In this document: piece by piece, positions 59,658 through 64,000 of the stretch
Layout: each line of letters begins with the position of its first letter
How positions within the stretch are numbered: position 1 is the first letter of the stretch
NCBI GenBank assembly: GCA_047971505.1
Contig: JBKDZU010000006.1
Coordinates: 1,956-65,955, forward strand
Length of the DNA stretch: 64,000 bases
From: Tenacibaculum sp.
Lineage (GTDB): Bacteria; Bacteroidota; Bacteroidia; Flavobacteriales; Flavobacteriaceae
Direction of reading: 5' to 3'
Position numbers and translations under genes: made by a program
Notes under the pieces: model-generated
Databases searched by the model: none
Seen by the model: only the letters and a program-made list of their open reading frames with translations
What the model was told of the DNA's origin: nothing

Positions 59658-61838
59658 TTAGGTAAATAAAAGCTCTCTGTATTTGGTTAAAGGCCACAAA
59701 TTATCATCTACCAATAACTCAAGTTTATCTGCGTGATAGCGAATTTGTTGAAAATAAGGCTTTACCTTAGTATTATATGCATCAGCATTTTGTTGACCTT
59801 TTAATTTATTAGCTTTTTTTCGCTCTTCGGTCATTAGCTCTATTTTTGAATTAATCTCCGATATATGTTTAGATATCTTTTTAATTAAATCGATTTGCTC
59901 TTTTGCGTAATTTTTAAAATCATCTTCAAAAATTTCTTTTAATCCTTTAACATTTTTTATCAAAGTGTTTTGGTATTGAATAGCTATAGGAATAACATGG
60001 TTTCTCGTGAGATCAGCCAAAACTCTACTTTCTATTTGTATTCGTTTTGAGTATTCCTCTAATTCAATTTCGTGTCGAGCCTCTGCTTCAACTTTATTCA
60101 TAACTCCCATTTGTTCAAAAAGAGAAATTGTTTTTTTTGAAATCCTTGCTTTTAAAGCTTCAGGCGTAGTTTTATTATTGCTTAAACCTCGTTCTTTAGC
60201 TTCTTTTTCCCATGATTCGGAGTACCCGTTGCCTTCAAATCTAATTTTTTTTGAGGTTTTAATGTATTCTCTAAGTACATTGAATACGGCTTCGTCTTTT
60301 TTAAAGTTTTTTGCATTGATTAAAACATCAACCTCGTTTTTAAAATCTTTGAGCTGTTTTGCCATAATTGTATTGAGTACCACCATAGGTCTGGCGCAAT
60401 TTGACTGAGAACCCACTGCTCTGATTTCAAACTTATTACCTGTAAATGCAAAAGGTGAAGTTCTGTTTCTATCGGTATTATCGAGCAAAATTTCTGGAAT
60501 TTTTCCAACTATATTTAACTTCAGATCGGTTTTCTCCTGAGGCGATAACTTTCCCTTGGTCACATTTTCGAGTTCATCTAATACCCTTGACAATTGATCT
60601 CCTATAAATACCGACATTATAGCTGGTGGTGCCTCGTTGGCTCCTAATCGGTGGTCGTTTCCAGCACTTGCAACGCAAGCTCTTAGTAACTCTTCATGTT
60701 CGCAAACTGCCTTAATAGTGTTGACAAAAAAGGTTAAAAACTGTAAATTTTTCATAGGAGTTTTACCTGGACTTAACAAATTAATCCCAGTATTAGTGGC
60801 TAAACTCCAATTATTATGCTTGCCTGAGCCATTAATTCCAGCAAAAGGCTTTTCGTGAAAAAGTACTTTAAAAGAGTGGCGTTGAGATACTTTTTCCATC
60901 ACATCCATCAGCAAGGAATTGTGATCTACCGCCAAGTTAGCTTCTTCAAAAATAGGTGCCAACTCAAATTGATTGGGTGCTACCTCGTTGTGTCGGGTTT
61001 TAACAGGGATACCCAGTTGCATGCACTCTTGTTCTAAATTACGCATAAAATTCATAACCCTTAAAGGTATAGTTCCAAAGTAGTGGTCATCTAGTTGCTG
61101 TCCCTTTGCCGAGGCGTGTCCTAAAAGTGTTCTTCCAGTCAGCATAATATCTGGTCGTGTAGCAGCTAGGGATTTGTCAATTAAAAAATACTCCTGCTCC
61201 CAACCTAAGGTTGCACTTACCTTGCTAATATTTTTGTCAAAATATTTACACACAGCAGTTGCTGCCTCATCAACAGCTTGCAAAGCGCGCAAAAGAGGTG
61301 CTTTGTTGTCAAGTGCCTCTCCAGTATAGGCAACAAAAACAGTAGGAATACACAAAGTGGTGCCGTATATAAAGGCTGAGGAAGTTGGATCCCATGCAGT
61401 GTAGCCTCTTGCCTCAAAGGTGTTTCTGATTCCACCACTTGGAAAAGAAGAAGCATCGGGCTCTTGTTGTACTAGCTGACTTCCATCAAAGCGCTCAATA
61501 GCACCACCTCCTTCTATAGATTCAAAAAAAGCATCGTGCTTTTCAGCAGTAGCTCCTGTTAGAGGTTGAAACCAGTGGGTATAGTGAGTTGCTCCTTTTG
61601 ATAAAGCCCAATCTTTCATGCTAATAGCAATTTGATCGGCAATTTTTCTGTCAATTTTACTGCCAAACTCAATTGCGTTGATCACACTTTGATAAGCTTC
61701 TTTGGTCATATGTTGACGCATTTTTCTTTCATCAAATACATTTACCCCAAATAGTTCTGATCTTTTCTTTTTTTCTTCAACAATTATAGGCTTTCTGCTG
61801 AGTGCCTCTTGTAATAGGTTAAAACGAAAAATTGACAT
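59658..61838 (-). CDS. glnN: Glutamine synthetase type III
   Basis: 726 aa, the length and organisation typical of Bacteroidota GSIII. Catalytic-domain patterns NGSGKHNNWS and HNEVAPNQFE. Confidence 0.9.
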   Translation of the reverse strand: MSIFRFNLLQEALSRKPIIVEEKKKRSELFGVNVFDERKMRQHMTKEAYQSVINAIEFGSKIDRKIADQIAISMKDWALSKGATHYTHWFQPLTGATAEKHDAFFESIEGGGAIERFDGSQLVQQEPDASSFPSGGIRNTFEARGYTAWDPTSSAFIYGTTLCIPTVFVAYTGEALDNKAPLLRALQAVDEAATAVCKYFDKNISKVSATLGWEQEYFLIDKSLAATRPDIMLTGRTLLGHASAKGQQLDDHYFGTIPLRVMNFMRNLEQECMQLGIPVKTRHNEVAPNQFELAPIFEEANLAVDHNSLLMDVMEKVSQRHSFKVLFHEKPFAGINGSGKHNNWSLATNTGINLLSPGKTPMKNLQFLTFFVNTIKAVCEHEELLRACVASAGNDHRLGANEAPPAIMSVFIGDQLSRVLDELENVTKGKLSPQEKTDLKLNIVGKIPEILLDNTDRNRTSPFAFTGNKFEIRAVGSQSNCARPMVVLNTIMAKQLKDFKNEVDVLINAKNFKKDEAVFNVLREYIKTSKKIRFEGNGYSESWEKEAKERGLSNNKTTPEALKARISKKTISLFEQMGVMNKVEAEARHEIELEEYSKRIQIESRVLADLTRNHVIPIAIQYQNTLIKNVKGLKEIFEDDFKNYAKEQIDLIKKISKHISEINSKIELMTEERKKANKLKGQQNADAYNTKVKPYFQQIRYHADKLELLVDDNLWPLTKYRELLFT

Positions 61839-62089
61839 GCTAATATTTTTTATGATTACGCTTCAAAATTAACAATAAAAAAGTATTTACCCATAAAAAA
61901 AATAGGTTTATTTTATAAAATTAAGTATTTTGGTTTGTTATACCCTTAAAATATTAGGGTATGATAGTGAAATAAGCTTATTTAATTAAATAATTAGCTA
62001 ATACTACTCGGCTTAAAAAATAATTTTAAAGCTAAAGGCTATCACAACAATATGTTTTGTACTTTTGATGTTAATATAAATCCTGTTTT

Positions 62090-62692
62090 ATGCGACTAAT
62101 CAAATATATAGCCGTTTTTTTACTAGGTTTTTTAATTGCTAAACTCTTGTACGAAAAAAAAGAAACCCAACGTGAAGAGGAAGAAGTTAACTTGTTTTTA
62201 AACCGCGTGCAAAAACTCAGCAAATTGGTTGTATTAGAGGGAAGTTTTTCGGAAGTTTACAGTTTTTCTGATACTAAAAAGTATTTTTTTGACTATATAT
62301 CTTTTAAAAAAAAAGCAATCTTATCGGTAAATGCAAAAGTAGAGGTAGGTTATGATTTAACTAAACTAATTATTGAAATAGATACTGTTGGCAAGCAAAT
62401 AATTATCAATAAAATTCCAAAAGAACAGTTGAGTATAATCCCCGATATTAAATATTTTGACCTTCAGCAAAGCAATTTTAATTCTTTTTCTAAAGAAGAA
62501 CTCAACAAAATTAACAGCAAGGTTATAGATAAAATTAAAAAAAGCCTTACAGTATCAAAACTGCAAAAAAATGCCAAAAATAGACTGTTTGAAGAATTGT
62601 CAAAAATATACCAACTATCAAAACTTTACAATTGGAAAGTAGTAAACAATACCGAGCATTCTTTTGACGAGCCTCTACCTTTAAAAAACTAA
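62090..62692 (+). CDS. DUF4230-like membrane-anchored protein
   Basis: 200 aa with an N-terminal TM segment (YIAVFLLGFLIAKLL). The remainder resembles DUF4230 as recalled; not verified. Confidence 0.5.
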   Translation: MRLIKYIAVFLLGFLIAKLLYEKKETQREEEEVNLFLNRVQKLSKLVVLEGSFSEVYSFSDTKKYFFDYISFKKKAILSVNAKVEVGYDLTKLIIEIDTVGKQIIINKIPKEQLSIIPDIKYFDLQQSNFNSFSKEELNKINSKVIDKIKKSLTVSKLQKNAKNRLFEELSKIYQLSKLYNWKVVNNTEHSFDEPLPLKN

Positions 62693-63111
62693 TTAGGGAG
62701 TTTATCACTCAAAATTCCATAGATAAAAGTTCCAAGTAGGGCACCTAATAAAACTATTAATACAGCATAAACTCCGTGGCCTATTAAAACAAAAATAGGA
62801 GCAGGACAAACTCCTGCTAAACCCCAGCCAAGTCCAAACAAAGTGCCACCTACTAAGGTTCTGATATACCCTTTCTTTTTCTCTTTAACTGCTATTGGGT
62901 TACCCAAGTAATTTTTAATAAACTGTTTTTTAAACAAAAACATTAGCAGCATAGAGCCCAAAACAGCCGAGCCTATAATGCCATACATGTGAAAAGACTG
63001 GAATTTAAACATTTCGTAAATTCTATACCAAGAAACTGCTTCTGACTTAGTTAAAATTATGCCAAACAAAATACCTATAAACAAAAACTTTATCATTTTC
63101 ATTTTATCCAA
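62689..63111 (-). CDS. YeeE/YedE-related (DUF6691-like) membrane protein, second half of a split sulfur-transport-like pair
   Basis: 140 aa with 4 TM segments and the Cys motif GLAGVCPAP. Overlaps the upstream partner gene by 8 nt. Confidence 0.7.
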   Translation of the reverse strand: MDKMKMIKFLFIGILFGIILTKSEAVSWYRIYEMFKFQSFHMYGIIGSAVLGSMLLMFLFKKQFIKNYLGNPIAVKEKKKGYIRTLVGGTLFGLGWGLAGVCPAPIFVLIGHGVYAVLIVLLGALLGTFIYGILSDKLPN

Positions 63112-63664
63112 AAATTAAAGGAAACAATACCCAAACCATAAACAAGCCAACTGCAAAAAAGCCAATTACAGAAATTAAAGAGGGTAACTGCAAATTGCTT
63201 AACCCTGTAATGGCATGCCCCGAAGTGCAGCCTCCCGCATAACGAGTTCCAAAACCTATTAAAATACCAGCTGTAATTAAAATAAAAAATCCCTTTATAG
63301 TAAATAGTTTATCTACAGCAAATATCTCCTTTGGTAAATAGGATTTTCCTGCCTCAGCAAAACCTAAGTTTCGCAATTCATCTACAGTTTTTGGATTTAT
63401 TTCTACCGACGGACTAGCTGATAAATAATGTATTCCAATATAACCTCCTATAATTAATCCTAAAAGAAACAGTAAAGCCCAAATTTTACTTTTCCAATTA
63501 GTTTTAAAATAGTTACTTAGCTTTCCAGCTCCAGCTACTGTGCAAAGAGTTTCTAAGTTTGAAGAAACGCCAAAGTTTTCACCAAAGTAAAAAAATAGAA
63601 AAAGCACCCCAGAGATTAAAATACCCGAAACATACCAAGACCAAGGTTGTAATACAAATTCCAT
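63104..63664 (-). CDS. YeeE/YedE family membrane protein
   Basis: 186 aa polytopic protein with the conserved motif [14 protein letters not shown]. Confidence 0.75.
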   Translation of the reverse strand: MEFVLQPWSWYVSGILISGVLFLFFYFGENFGVSSNLETLCTVAGAGKLSNYFKTNWKSKIWALLFLLGLIIGGYIGIHYLSASPSVEINPKTVDELRNLGFAEAGKSYLPKEIFAVDKLFTIKGFFILITAGILIGFGTRYAGGCTSGHAITGLSNLQLPSLISVIGFFAVGLFMVWVLFPLIFG

Positions 63665-64000
63665 TATATGCTATTTTTAATATATTCAATAATTTTTTGA
63701 CTTGCACCTAAATTGTTTTTTATATACTGTTTGTTTATTTTTCCCATTTTACCTCTTAAATTCTCATTGTTTTTTAACAGGGTAAATGTATGGTTAAAAT
63801 CTGTATTACTAACTATGCTAAACGCTCCTTTTTGCTTTAAAAGATCTGTAGCTTCTTTAAACTTACTGTATTTACGCCCGCCAAAAACCAAAGGAACTCC
63901 ATAGGCAGCTGGCTCTAGTATATTGTGAAGTCCTGTTCTTAAGCCTCCGCCCACATATGCTACCGTAGCATAAGCGTATATTTTTGTTAAAATACCTACA
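63664..64000 (-). CDS. waaA: 3-deoxy-D-manno-octulosonic acid transferase (KdtA/WaaA), C-terminal part; gene continues past the window end
   Basis: The frame is open to position 64000. Has ATVAYVGGGL...GLHNILEPAAYGVPLVFG, typical of the KdtA C-terminus. The track 'start' at 63954 is an internal GTG. Confidence 0.8.
   Translation of the reverse strand, partial: VGILTKIYAYATVAYVGGGLRTGLHNILEPAAYGVPLVFGGRKYSKFKEATDLLKQKGAFSIVSNTDFNHTFTLLKNNENLRGKMGKINKQYIKNNLGASQKIIEYIKNSI

Noticed and set aside
1-64000. CRISPR arrays, tandem repeat arrays, rRNA genes, intact IS elements, prophage genes and defence-system genes.
   Set aside because: Reading through all intergenic regions showed no regularly spaced direct repeats. 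There are no rRNA-like GC-rich blocks. No DDE, integrase, capsid or terminase-like ORFs were found, and no nuclease/ATPase pairs of unknown function.

Overview
This is an AT-rich bacterial window, most likely Bacteroidota and Flavobacteriia-like. Supporting markers are a SusC/SusD pair, an LpxC-FabZ fusion, a type III glutamine synthetase, a T9SS C-terminal sorting domain and many lipoprotein signals. About 55 genes are densely packed and mostly housekeeping. They include uvrB (partial); a co-directional heme cluster (hemA, a hemC-hemD fusion, hemB, hemL, hemE) with a divergent AraC regulator; a SusC/SusD pair; peptidases (isoaspartyl peptidase, M16, DPP-IV with a POT transporter, a T9SS reprolysin-like protease); the lipid A cluster lpxD-lpxC/fabZ-lpxA-efp plus a second lpxD paralog; sucD, fabG, aroK and tRNA-Leu(GAG); ribE/pdxA; yceD-rpmF-fabH-accB-accC; apbE; an acetate-utilisation cluster (porin, DUF4212, SSS symporter, receiver protein, acs); and lipB, dtd, rsgA, glnN, a split YeeE/YedE pair and kdtA (partial). 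I see no CRISPR array, no intact mobile element, no recognisable defence system, and no convincing novel multi-gene system. The points most worth a second look are: (1) an orphan NVEALA-like Cys-rich small secreted peptide followed by an ~820 bp gene-free tract holding decayed small ORFs; (2) the acetate cluster, which contains a stand-alone receiver whose phospho-acceptor Asp is replaced by Asn and is preceded by an IS1-transposase-derived zinc-ribbon/HTH protein with no DDE domain; (3) a decaying arsenic-resistance-like remnant next to tRNA-Leu, made of a start-less LMW-PTP gene, a frameshifted and nonsense-mutated flavodoxin-like gene, and an intact DUF6428 gene. All family assignments come from motifs read by eye in the translations. 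No database search was run.
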